A stretch of 50,297 bases of DNA from Candidatus Methylomirabilota bacterium (lineage in GTDB: Bacteria; Patescibacteriota; Microgenomatia; Levybacterales; UBA12049), in NCBI GenBank assembly GCA_035644155.1, contig DASQPC010000081.1:1-50297 (forward strand), written 5' to 3'. Under the pieces are notes generated by a model. The model had not been told where the DNA came from. It worked only from the letters and a program-made list of their open reading frames with translations, and made no database searches. Below are positions 35,991 through 44,724 of this stretch, one piece after another. A program made the position numbers and the translations under genes. Numbering within the stretch: the first letter of the stretch is position 1; each line of letters starts with the position of its first letter.

Positions 35991-36950
35991 ATGAAAAAAA
36001 TTTTAATTACTGGTATTTCTGGTTTTGTTGGCAAATTCCTCGCAGAGCATTTACTGAGCAAAGGTGAATATGAGATTGTTGGAACATATCGTTCAGAGAA
36101 TAGCATCTCACAACTTGATACAATAAAAAATTCCATCAAACTTGAAAAAGCAGATCTGCTTGATCCAGAGGCAGTTGCTCATGTGATTACATCAAACAAA
36201 CCAGATGCGATTTTTCATCTTGCTGCAATGACTTCTCCCAAAGAAAGTTTTGATAATCCCAGCCAAACAATAACTAATAATATTACTTCGCAATTAAATA
36301 TTCTCGAAGTATTACGAACAAATGCTATGAAGCAGGTGCGAACGCTTATTATTGCTTCATCAGAAGTCTATGGCATGATTGATAAATCAGATCTGCCAGT
36401 AGATGAAGAAACCAAACTTCAGCCGATCAGTCCGTATGCTGTTTCTAAAATTGCGCAAGATTATCTGGGATTACAATATTATTTAACGCATAAGTTAGAT
36501 ATTATTCGAGTTAGGCCATTTAATCATGTTGGTCCGGGACAAAGTAATCGATTTATTGTTTCGGATTTTGCCCAGCAAATTGCTGAAATTGAAAAAGGGA
36601 AGAGAGATCCTGTCATGAAAGTCGGCAATCTTGATGCAAAACGTGATTTTACCGATGTGCGGGATATTGTCAAGGCATATGGTTTGCTTCTTGAGAAAGG
36701 CGTTGCGGGTGACGTGTATAATATTGGTTCAGGGAGATCCTACAAAATAAAAGATATTTTATCGATCCTTCTTTCTTTTTCAAAAAAAGAAACAAAGATT
36801 GTAACTGATCCTGCAAAGGTCCGTCCGGTGGATATTGAAGAAATTATTTGTGATTCTTCAAAATTGCATACGCTTACCGGTTGGAAAACAGAGATAACTC
36901 TTGAAAAAACATTGCAAGATGTACTGGATTATTGGCGCGAAATTGTTTAG
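35991..36950 (+). CDS. rmd: NAD(P)-dependent SDR, GDP-4-keto-6-deoxy-D-mannose reductase-like
   Basis: 319 aa with ILITGISGFVG and the catalytic YAVSK. It lies immediately upstream of gmd. The substrate call is by context. Confidence 0.55.
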   Translation: MKKILITGISGFVGKFLAEHLLSKGEYEIVGTYRSENSISQLDTIKNSIKLEKADLLDPEAVAHVITSNKPDAIFHLAAMTSPKESFDNPSQTITNNITSQLNILEVLRTNAMKQVRTLIIASSEVYGMIDKSDLPVDEETKLQPISPYAVSKIAQDYLGLQYYLTHKLDIIRVRPFNHVGPGQSNRFIVSDFAQQIAEIEKGKRDPVMKVGNLDAKRDFTDVRDIVKAYGLLLEKGVAGDVYNIGSGRSYKIKDILSILLSFSKKETKIVTDPAKVRPVDIEEIICDSSKLHTLTGWKTEITLEKTLQDVLDYWREIV

Positions 36951-36959
36951 AATAAGTTT

Positions 36960-37925
36960 ATGAAGAAAGCATTAATTACTGGCATTACCGGACAAGATGG
37001 TTCTTATCTTGCTGAATTTTTACTTAAAAAGGGATACAAAGTGTTTGGTACCGTTCGTCGTTTAAGTACTCCAAATTTAGAAAATATTGGTCATTTGCGG
37101 GATGAAGTTGAATTTCTTTCTGCTGACCTTCTCGATCAAGGATCATTGACTGATGCTATCAAAGAATCCGAGCCAGATGAAGTATATAATTTAGCCGCTC
37201 AATCATTTGTGAAGGCCTCTTGGGATCAGCCTGTTTTGACAGGAGAATTTACCGCACTTGGTGCTACTCGAGTTCTTGAGGCAATCCGTACTGTCAATAA
37301 AGAAATAAAATTTTATCAAGCATCTTCAAGTGAAATGTTTGGCAAAGTGACAGAAACTCCGCAAAAAGAAACGACACGTTTTCATCCTAGAAGCCCATAT
37401 GGTGTCGCAAAAGTTTATGGGCACTATATAACTCTTAATTATCGTGAAAGTTATGATATGTTTGCGTGTTCTGGAATTCTTTTTAACCACGAATCGCCTC
37501 GTCGCGGTATTGAATTTGTCACTCGTAAAATTTCCAATGCCGTCGCGCGAATCTCTCTTGGCAAACAAGAGAAAGTGGAGTTAGGTAATCTTGATGCCAA
37601 ACGCGACTGGGGATTTGCAGGAGATTATGTTGAAGCAATGTGGTTAATGCTGCAACAAGAAAAACCAGATGACTATGTTGTTGCGACAGGAGAGACTCAT
37701 TCGGTACGTGAATTTGTTGAGCTCGCTTTTGCTGCTGCGGGGATTACTGATTGGGAGAAATATGTTGTTTCAGATCATCCCAAACATATTCGTCCTGCAG
37801 AAGTTGATTATTTGATTGGAGATTACCGTAAAGCCAAAGAAGTTCTCGGTTGGACACCTAAAACATCGTTTAAAGAATTAGTCGAGATGATGATCAAGTC
37901 TGATTTAGAAAGAGAAAAGAAATAA
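36960..37925 (+). CDS. gmd: GDP-mannose 4,6-dehydratase
   Basis: 321 aa with the motifs [33 protein letters not shown] and [10 protein letters not shown]. Confidence 0.9.
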   Translation: MKKALITGITGQDGSYLAEFLLKKGYKVFGTVRRLSTPNLENIGHLRDEVEFLSADLLDQGSLTDAIKESEPDEVYNLAAQSFVKASWDQPVLTGEFTALGATRVLEAIRTVNKEIKFYQASSSEMFGKVTETPQKETTRFHPRSPYGVAKVYGHYITLNYRESYDMFACSGILFNHESPRRGIEFVTRKISNAVARISLGKQEKVELGNLDAKRDWGFAGDYVEAMWLMLQQEKPDDYVVATGETHSVREFVELAFAAAGITDWEKYVVSDHPKHIRPAEVDYLIGDYRKAKEVLGWTPKTSFKELVEMMIKSDLEREKK

Positions 37926-37998
37926 TTTTTTAGATCCTTATCTTCTCAGAAAACTCATTATTCCAAAAAGTAAGAAAGTTTAGTATGATAGGAAACAT

Positions 37999-38961
37999 AT
38001 GCAAAAGGTTATTGTTGCGGGAGGAGCTGGATTTATTGGTTCACATCTTTGTAAGAGATTACTGAGCGAAGGAAATACTGTCTTTTGTCTGGATAATCTC
38101 ATCACCGGAAGCAAGAATAATATCGCAAGCCTCATGGACAATCCCAAATTTACCTTTCTTGAAAATGACGTAACAAAATCATTTGACACTATCCAAGATC
38201 GTTTTCAGGATATCCATTATATTTTCCATCTGGCATCACCTGCGTCCCCAAATCAAAAAAGTGAGAGAAGTTACATCAATTTTCCGATTGAAACGATGCT
38301 TGTTAATTCACTTGGGACCTACAATTTATTATTGCTTGCAAAGCAGAAAGAAGCCAAATTTCTTTTTGCATCGACATCTGAAGTGTATGGCAATCCTGCT
38401 GTTTCTCCTCAGCCAGAAACATACTTTGGTAATGTTAACCCAAATGGTATTCGATCTGTCTATGATGAAGGAAAGCGTTTTGGTGAAGCAATGACCTTTG
38501 CCTTTCACAGAAAACACAACGTTGACACTCGTATTGTGCGTATTTTTAATACATATGGACCATTTATGCAAAAAGATGATGGAAGAGTGGTCTCGACATT
38601 TATCAATCAAGCACTAGAAAATGCCCCGCTGACTATTTTTGGTGATGGAAATCAAACACGCAGTTTTTGTTATGTCGATGATATGGTTGATGGCATAATA
38701 AAAGCATTATTTACGAAAGAAACAACTGGGGAAGTAATCAATCTTGGCAATCCAGACGAGCGAAAAATTTCAGAAATTGCTACAATGGTTAAGAACATGA
38801 TTAATCCGAGTGCGCAAATAGCCTTTGAGCAGTTGCCAGCAGATGATCCTCTCAAAAGAAAACCAAATATCTCCAAAGCACAAAAGCTTCTTGGATGGGA
38901 ACCAAAAATATCATTGGAAGAAGGATTAAAAAAGACGATTGCCTATTTTAGGCACGCATAA
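37999..38961 (+). CDS. uxs: UDP-glucuronate decarboxylase (UDP-xylose synthase)
   Basis: 320 aa with GGAGFIGSHLCKRLL, CLDNLITGSKNNI, STSEVYG and YDEGKR, all typical of UXS. Confidence 0.8.
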   Translation: MQKVIVAGGAGFIGSHLCKRLLSEGNTVFCLDNLITGSKNNIASLMDNPKFTFLENDVTKSFDTIQDRFQDIHYIFHLASPASPNQKSERSYINFPIETMLVNSLGTYNLLLLAKQKEAKFLFASTSEVYGNPAVSPQPETYFGNVNPNGIRSVYDEGKRFGEAMTFAFHRKHNVDTRIVRIFNTYGPFMQKDDGRVVSTFINQALENAPLTIFGDGNQTRSFCYVDDMVDGIIKALFTKETTGEVINLGNPDERKISEIATMVKNMINPSAQIAFEQLPADDPLKRKPNISKAQKLLGWEPKISLEEGLKKTIAYFRHA

Positions 38962-38964
38962 TTT

Positions 38965-40131
38965 ATGAAAATTGTTATTATTCTGCCGACGTATAACGAA
39001 AAAACAAATGTTGGGAAAATGATTCCTCTTTTGGAAGACGAAGTGTTACCAAAAATAAAAAATCACGACATGGAGCTTTTGGTTGTGGATGATAACTCCC
39101 CTGATGGAACCAGCGATGTTGTCAAAAAATTTATGGAAAAATGGAAAAATATCAAATTGCTAACTGGTGAAAAAAATGGTTTGGGAGCAGCCTATGTCCG
39201 AGGGATGCACTATGCGATGGACGTCCTGAAAGCAGATGCCGTGATGGAATTTGATGCTGATTTCCAACATGATCCTCATGATATCCCACGTTTGATTTCT
39301 GCAATGGACGAGGGAGCGGATTATGTTATTGGTAGTAGATATATTCAGGGTGGTGCTATTCCAAAAGAATGGGGATTTGACCGGAAAGTTAAAAGTAGGC
39401 TTGGCGGCATTTTTGCGCAGTGTGTTTTTCTTATGTTTACTATTCATGATATGACCTCAGGATTTAAATTAACAAAAACTGCTTTTCTTAAAAAAGTCGA
39501 TTTGGATCATTTATATTCTTACAATTTTGCATATAAATTACATATTCTTCATGATGTTATTAAGCTTGGAACAAAAGTGAAAGAGGTGCCAATTATATTT
39601 TATGAACGGACAAAAGGAAAAAGTAAAATAGACACCAATGATATGACAGAATCACTTTCTGTAGTTTTGCGGCTAGGAGTAGATGATTACAAACGCTTTA
39701 TCAAATTTCTTTTTGTTGGAGGAACAGGTTTTATTTTTCAGTATATTGTTACCTACATTTCAATTTTGCTTGGTGCTGAGCAATTTGTCGCAGCGATGAT
39801 TGGCGGAGAAGTAGCAATTCTTTCAAACTTCTTTTTTAATAATGTCTGGACATTTCGTGATACGCAAAAACTTAAAATACACGGTAATCTTTTCTCCCGT
39901 CTTTTGAAATTTAATCTTGCTTCTCTTGCGGCAATTGGCATTCAAGGAGTGGCAGTTTATGTAGCTGTTGCAACATTAGGCGAGACACTCACTCTTTTTG
40001 GTTATGTCATTCATACATCTCTTGTGATTCTTTTTCCAACAATTATCCTTTTGGTCATTCCTCTCAATTATTTTATCTATAATAAGGTTATCTGGAAGAC
40101 GCATTATTTGAAAGAGAAAAAGACAGAATAG
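38965..40131 (+). CDS. Fusion: GT2 polyprenyl-phosphate sugar synthase (Dpm1/Ppm1-like) and a C-terminal GtrA-like 4-TM domain
   Basis: 388 aa. The N-terminus shows IILPTYNE, VVDDNSPDG and FDADFQHDP. The C-terminal ~130 aa are GtrA-like (FLFVGGTGFIFQY plus four helices). Confidence 0.8.
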   Translation: MKIVIILPTYNEKTNVGKMIPLLEDEVLPKIKNHDMELLVVDDNSPDGTSDVVKKFMEKWKNIKLLTGEKNGLGAAYVRGMHYAMDVLKADAVMEFDADFQHDPHDIPRLISAMDEGADYVIGSRYIQGGAIPKEWGFDRKVKSRLGGIFAQCVFLMFTIHDMTSGFKLTKTAFLKKVDLDHLYSYNFAYKLHILHDVIKLGTKVKEVPIIFYERTKGKSKIDTNDMTESLSVVLRLGVDDYKRFIKFLFVGGTGFIFQYIVTYISILLGAEQFVAAMIGGEVAILSNFFFNNVWTFRDTQKLKIHGNLFSRLLKFNLASLAAIGIQGVAVYVAVATLGETLTLFGYVIHTSLVILFPTIILLVIPLNYFIYNKVIWKTHYLKEKKTE

Positions 40132-40181
40132 CCGGATCACCGATTTGACAAAATACAGAATATATTTGCTAAGATTAGTAT

Positions 40182-41870
40182 ATGTATTATAAAAGTTTTT
40201 TTCTTTTGTTTGTTTGTTTTGTTTTAGTCACCTTATTTTTCCCCATTACTGCGTCTGCACAGACTACTTGGACTCGTCAATTTGGCACATCTGGACAGGA
40301 TATAGGTACTGCAGTAGCTACTGACACGACAGGTATTTATACTGTTGGCTATACGAGCGGAAGTTTTCCTGGTGAAACTAATGCAGGTAGTTATGATGTC
40401 TATGTTCGTAAATACGATTTTTCTGGAAATATAGTCTGGACACATCAGTTAGGGACGTCGGATTTTGACCAAACATGGAGTATTGTTGCTGTTAATAACA
40501 GCGTGTATGTTGCTGGGCATCTCTATCCCAACGGTTTTCTTAGAAAATATGACCAAAATGGTAATGAAGTCTGGACACATACATTTGATTTTGGCCATGG
40601 CTTGACTTACGCAATGGGCGTTGCTTCAGATGGGACCTCTCTGTATGTTGCAAGTATGACAACAGGCGCAATAACAGGACAAGTCAATGCAGGGAACTAT
40701 GACGTTGTTGTGCAAAAGGAAGACTTTGATGGAAATATTATTTGGGAGCGACAGTTTGGTAGTGCTGGTGCTGATCAGACGAATGGCATTGCTGTGAATA
40801 ATACAGGAGTTTATGTTGATGGTTTTACGAGAGATTCATTGCTTGGGCAAATAAATGCTGGTAATTCTGATGCTTTTATTAAAAAGTATGATCTTGATGG
40901 CAACGATATTTGGACACATGAATTTGGTACGGCGGGCGAAGATTTTGGTAATGGTATAGCTATAGATTCTACAGGAGTATATGTCTCAGGAACAACGAAT
41001 GATAGCTTCCCAGGACAGACTAATATTGGTAATTACGATGCATTTCTAAGAAAATATGATTTTAGCGGTAGCGAAGTGTGGACACGAGAGTTTGGAACAT
41101 CAGGGCCGGACGAAGCACGAGGTGCATATGCAAACGCTCAAGGAGTATATATATCAGGATATCAACAAAATAATGCGTTTGTCCGTATTTATGATACAGT
41201 TGGTAACGTACAAAATACTTATGACTTTATTCCTTCAAGCGATGCAGTAGGATATGGTGTGACTGCTGATAATTCCTACTTTTATACGACTGGTTTAGTT
41301 GATGGTAATTTTGAAGGGGAGACAAGTAGCGGTAGTACAGATGCATATCTCATAAAACAAAGCATTCTTCCTTCTCCCCAGCTAACAGCTCTAACACCAG
41401 CTAAAGTATGGATAGGGGTAAAAAATATAACCGATATTGGAATAAAGCTTGATCTGTTAGCAGAAGTTTATGCAGGAGGTACATTAGTTAGTAGTGGAGA
41501 GGTTACTAGTTTTTCGCCAGCAAGTGGATTAGGAGGATTTGGTAGTGCCCATCTAGCAACAATACCTTTTAATAGTTTTACATCAGTAGATTTTCCAAGC
41601 GGAACGTCATTACAAATAAAGCTATCAGTAAGAAATGCTTGCACAGGATCGTTACGTGCTATGGGGACAGCAAGACTATGGTATAACGACAGTCAAGCAA
41701 ATAGCCAATTTGGATCAACGGTTGGATCAAGCACCAATGATTATTTCCTTAAAGACGGGTTTGTATTATCCACAACAGCAGGGACAGGACCAAAGAAGAC
41801 TATAGACGTTGAGGCAGGAGCAAGGTGTAGTGCCTTCAAACCATTTGGTATCTGGACTACTACTCCATAA
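40182..41870 (+). CDS. Secreted SBBP-type beta-propeller repeat protein with a C-terminal beta-rich domain
   Basis: 562 aa with a signal peptide (FPITASA|QT). About 7 tandem ~45-55-aa repeats follow the pattern FGTsGxDxgxgiAvDsTGvYvxGxTxgxfpGqtNaGxyDafvrKYDxxGnxvWTxqFGT. Confidence 0.7.
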   Translation: MYYKSFFLLFVCFVLVTLFFPITASAQTTWTRQFGTSGQDIGTAVATDTTGIYTVGYTSGSFPGETNAGSYDVYVRKYDFSGNIVWTHQLGTSDFDQTWSIVAVNNSVYVAGHLYPNGFLRKYDQNGNEVWTHTFDFGHGLTYAMGVASDGTSLYVASMTTGAITGQVNAGNYDVVVQKEDFDGNIIWERQFGSAGADQTNGIAVNNTGVYVDGFTRDSLLGQINAGNSDAFIKKYDLDGNDIWTHEFGTAGEDFGNGIAIDSTGVYVSGTTNDSFPGQTNIGNYDAFLRKYDFSGSEVWTREFGTSGPDEARGAYANAQGVYISGYQQNNAFVRIYDTVGNVQNTYDFIPSSDAVGYGVTADNSYFYTTGLVDGNFEGETSSGSTDAYLIKQSILPSPQLTALTPAKVWIGVKNITDIGIKLDLLAEVYAGGTLVSSGEVTSFSPASGLGGFGSAHLATIPFNSFTSVDFPSGTSLQIKLSVRNACTGSLRAMGTARLWYNDSQANSQFGSTVGSSTNDYFLKDGFVLSTTAGTGPKKTIDVEAGARCSAFKPFGIWTTTP

Positions 41871-41918
41871 TTATTGTGATGGCTTAGAGAGTAAGGTATA
41901 ATAGTGGGCATAGCGTTT

Positions 41919-43475
41919 ATGAAAAACAAACTGCCTTTGCTTTGTTTGATCTTTATTATCCTTCTTGCAGCATTTCTCAGACTCTACAAAATTGCTGATT
42001 ATATGACTTTTTTGGGGGATGAAGGACGTGACGTCTTGGTCGCCAAAGATATTCTCCAAGGACATTTTACTCTTCTTGGTCCACGCGCGTCAGCAGGAGA
42101 TTTTTTCCTTGGACCAGTTTATTACTACCTGATTGCTCCATGGCTTTTGCTTTTTAATTATGACCCGGTTGGTCCAGCGGTGATGGTTGCGCTTTTTGGT
42201 GCCGCGACAGTATGGTTCACCTATTATGTAGGGAAAAAATGGTTCAATCAAACAACAGGTCTTTTAGCGGCAGCTCTTTATGCATTTTCGCCATTGGTTA
42301 TTACCTATTCTCATTCTTCATGGAATCCTGATGTTGTACCTTTTTTTGCGCTCCTTATGATGTTTTTATTATATAAAGGATTTACGACTCAAAAATCGGA
42401 TAGATATTTTTGGGCTGTTGGTCTTTTGCTTGGTATTTTGTTGCAGCTTCATTATCTTTCATTATTTCTTGCGGTTGTCGTAGCATTTTATACATTTTTT
42501 GCTCAGTGGATTGTAGATAAGAAATTTAAAATTGTTCTTACTACTAAGCGCTATCTTGAAATTTTTGTTGGATTTCTTATCGGCTTTTCACCGTTTCTCG
42601 CATTTGAAGCCCGCCACGGATTTCCAAATATCCGGACAATTATTTCATTTATTTTTAGCGATGTAGCAGGAAAGACACCCGAAGCTCATCTTTCTTATTC
42701 TGCAATAGTGAGTGATGTTTTTTTTCGCGTTTTTGCCAGACTGGTTTTTGCTTTTCCAGGAATAGACAAAATTCATTTACTCTCTTCTCTGCAAGTACAA
42801 TTTTTTAGTTGGTTTACGATGATTCTTGCAATTGTTGCATTGATTGTCCTGTGGTTTGTTAAAAATAAATTGGTTGTGTTACTTACTGCGTTATGGCTTT
42901 TTGTCAGTGTTTTATTATTTGGTTTTTACAAAAAACCAATTTATGATTATTATTTTGTTATTCTTTTTCCACTACCATTTTTGATTATTGCCAATTTATT
43001 TTCAAATATTTTTGTGTTTGGGAAAAATAAAGTGCAGCGGATTATGGCAGTAAGTTTTGGTGTACTGCTTTTTTTGGGGATTGTCCTGTACAACATTTTT
43101 TGGTTGCCGTTTTGGGCACTTCCCAATAGACAGAAAGAGCAGGCAAAAATGATTGCAGAATTTGTGATTAGCAAAACAGACAACAAGCTATATAATTTTG
43201 CGCTTATGTCCAAAGGCAATTCAGATCAAGAATATCGCTACTTTTTGGAGATTCTTCACCATGATCCCGTTACGATCCAAAATACTATTGATGATCCGCA
43301 AAGAAAAACAGTTACAGATCAGTTGCTTATTGTCTGTGAAGATCCGCAGTGTCATCCACTTGGTTATCCTTTGTTTGATGTTGCGGGGTTTGGCCGGGCT
43401 GAAGTTGCAGGCGAATGGAAAGTCTCGGTTGTCCGCGTTTTCAAATTGGTTCACTATCAAAACAAGAAGCCATGA
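41919..43475 (+). CDS. GT-C fold (GT39/GT83, PMT/ArnT-like) polytopic membrane glycosyltransferase
   Basis: About 518 aa from the ATG at 41919 (an alternative GTG lies at 41904). It has more than 10 TM helices. The first extracytoplasmic loop carries the acidic motif FLGDEGRD, as in polyprenyl-phosphate-sugar-dependent GT-C enzymes. Confidence 0.7.
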   Translation: MKNKLPLLCLIFIILLAAFLRLYKIADYMTFLGDEGRDVLVAKDILQGHFTLLGPRASAGDFFLGPVYYYLIAPWLLLFNYDPVGPAVMVALFGAATVWFTYYVGKKWFNQTTGLLAAALYAFSPLVITYSHSSWNPDVVPFFALLMMFLLYKGFTTQKSDRYFWAVGLLLGILLQLHYLSLFLAVVVAFYTFFAQWIVDKKFKIVLTTKRYLEIFVGFLIGFSPFLAFEARHGFPNIRTIISFIFSDVAGKTPEAHLSYSAIVSDVFFRVFARLVFAFPGIDKIHLLSSLQVQFFSWFTMILAIVALIVLWFVKNKLVVLLTALWLFVSVLLFGFYKKPIYDYYFVILFPLPFLIIANLFSNIFVFGKNKVQRIMAVSFGVLLFLGIVLYNIFWLPFWALPNRQKEQAKMIAEFVISKTDNKLYNFALMSKGNSDQEYRYFLEILHHDPVTIQNTIDDPQRKTVTDQLLIVCEDPQCHPLGYPLFDVAGFGRAEVAGEWKVSVVRVFKLVHYQNKKP

Positions 43476-43700
43476 ACGAGAGACTAACTATGACACAATC
43501 GCTTATTCCTGAATTAAAGGATACAAAGAGGAGAGGTTATCTTAACTGAAACACAAATTGAATCGAGTATAGGATCATTTAGAAGATTGAAAACCGCTAC
43601 AATATAATAAAATGCATCAACGTTACAAGAAATGGACAATATTATTGGATCTCTAGAAGAGGTAAAGTAGATTCTCCGCATTTTTTTCAATCAACAAAAA

Positions 43701-43725
43701 CCCCCCGCTAGGCGGAGGGTTTTTT
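43701..43725. terminator. Bidirectional intrinsic terminator
   Basis: AAAAA-CCCCCCGC-TAG-GCGGAGGG-TTTTTT: an 8-bp stem with one mismatch, flanked by an A-run and a T-run. It lies between the convergent GT-C gene (+) and the DUF5679 gene (-). A second hairpin, CCTTGAAG/CTTCAAGG, lies at 43734-43765. Confidence 0.7.
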
Positions 43726-43781
43726 ATTTTGTTCCTTGAAGGGATCGTATTGATATTCTTCAAGGAGGTTAGTACGACAGC

Positions 43782-43925
43782 TTAAGCTGTGCCAATTTTG
43801 TACATACCTGTACCACAAACTGGGCATTTTGCTTTAAGAGCTGGTTTGCCGTTTTTCATGGTGACTTTTTCAGGATTATCGACGTCTCTTTTTTGTCGAC
43901 ATTTAACACAATACATTGATGCCAT
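43782..43925 (-). CDS. DUF5679-like zinc-ribbon small protein (47 aa), absent from the ORF track because it is under 60 aa
   Basis: My own translation is MASMYCVKCRQKRDVDNPEKVTMKNGKPALKAKCPVCGTGMYKIGTA, with CxxC...CxxC. A strong SD (AGGAGGTG) sits 6-7 nt upstream of the ATG, and a terminator lies downstream. Confidence 0.75.
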   Translation of the reverse strand: MASMYCVKCRQKRDVDNPEKVTMKNGKPALKAKCPVCGTGMYKIGTA

Positions 43926-43952
43926 AGCGTTACTCACCTCCTTTCTCGCGTT

Positions 43953-44201
43953 TTAAACGCCTTTCACAAATATACGAATAAGTAGTTCGATAAGAATAAT
44001 AAAAGCAGTAAGCAGTGCTGTTTTGCGAAGGTCTACTGCCAGATAACGATAGCCTGTGGTAGTAACTGTGTGGACTGTTTTCCTTTCATCATTGGCTGAT
44101 GTCTCTACCTGTTGCGGTAAGGAATAGAGCGGCATTGGATTCTCTTTCCGTCTCTGATCGGCAAGGATTTTTTGCTCTCGAGTTTTTTTCTTTTTAGCCA
44201 T
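43953..44201 (-). CDS. Small basic protein with a C-terminal TM helix (hypothetical)
   Basis: 82 aa with the N-terminus MAKKKKTREQKILADQRRK and the C-terminal helix ALLTAFIILIELLIRIF. It lies 27 nt upstream of the DUF5679 gene on the same strand. Confidence 0.5.
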   Translation of the reverse strand: MAKKKKTREQKILADQRRKENPMPLYSLPQQVETSANDERKTVHTVTTTGYRYLAVDLRKTALLTAFIILIELLIRIFVKGV

Positions 44202-44222
44202 GAATGAAGCTAGATTACACTA

Positions 44223-44252
44223 TTGACATCATGCGTGTCAAGAGGCTAGTAT
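44223..44252 (+). promoter_or_regulatory. Sigma70-like promoter with leaderless geometry for the DUF4446 gene, overlapping a divergent promoter
   Basis: TTGACA (44223-44228), an 18-nt spacer, TAGTAT (44247-44252), then 6 nt before the ATG at 44259. On the other strand, TTGACA (44241-44236), an 18-nt spacer and TAATCT lie 10 nt upstream of the 82-aa ORF. Confidence 0.45.
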
Positions 44253-44258
44253 TGGTTT

Positions 44259-44717
44259 ATGATAATTGTTTGGATTTTATTCGTATTTATTTCCGTTTGG
44301 TTGATTTTTGTTTCTTATTCTTTTTTAAAGTTAAAACGTCATTACGATACCTTAGTTGAAGGGGTAAATAAAAAAACTTTGGAAGGTGTTCTTACAACTA
44401 TGGTGAAAGATATTCATGAAGCGAAAAAAGGAATTGCTTATTTATCTTCCCGCTGTGATACAATAGAAAAGAACCAACTTTTTCATATTCAACAGATTGG
44501 TTTATTACGTTTTAATCCATTCAAAGATACGGGAGGAGATCAAAGTTTTATTTTGGCATTATTGGATGCAAATGAAACAGGAGTCGTTATTACAGCATTA
44601 TATTCTCGTTCAGGAACCAGATGGTATGCCAAACGAGTCGTAAAAGGAAAAGGCTCTGAGCATGAACTTTCAGATGATGAGAAAAGAGCGCTTGCCTTAG
44701 CAAAGGAATCAAAATAA
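44259..44717 (+). CDS. DUF4446-family protein (N-terminal TM helix)
   Basis: 152 aa. The segment IGLLRFNPFKDTGGDQSFILALLDANETGVVITALYSRSGTRWYAK matches my recollection of the DUF4446 core. Confidence 0.6.
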   Translation: MIIVWILFVFISVWLIFVSYSFLKLKRHYDTLVEGVNKKTLEGVLTTMVKDIHEAKKGIAYLSSRCDTIEKNQLFHIQQIGLLRFNPFKDTGGDQSFILALLDANETGVVITALYSRSGTRWYAKRVVKGKGSEHELSDDEKRALALAKESK

Positions 44718-44724
44718 TTTTATT

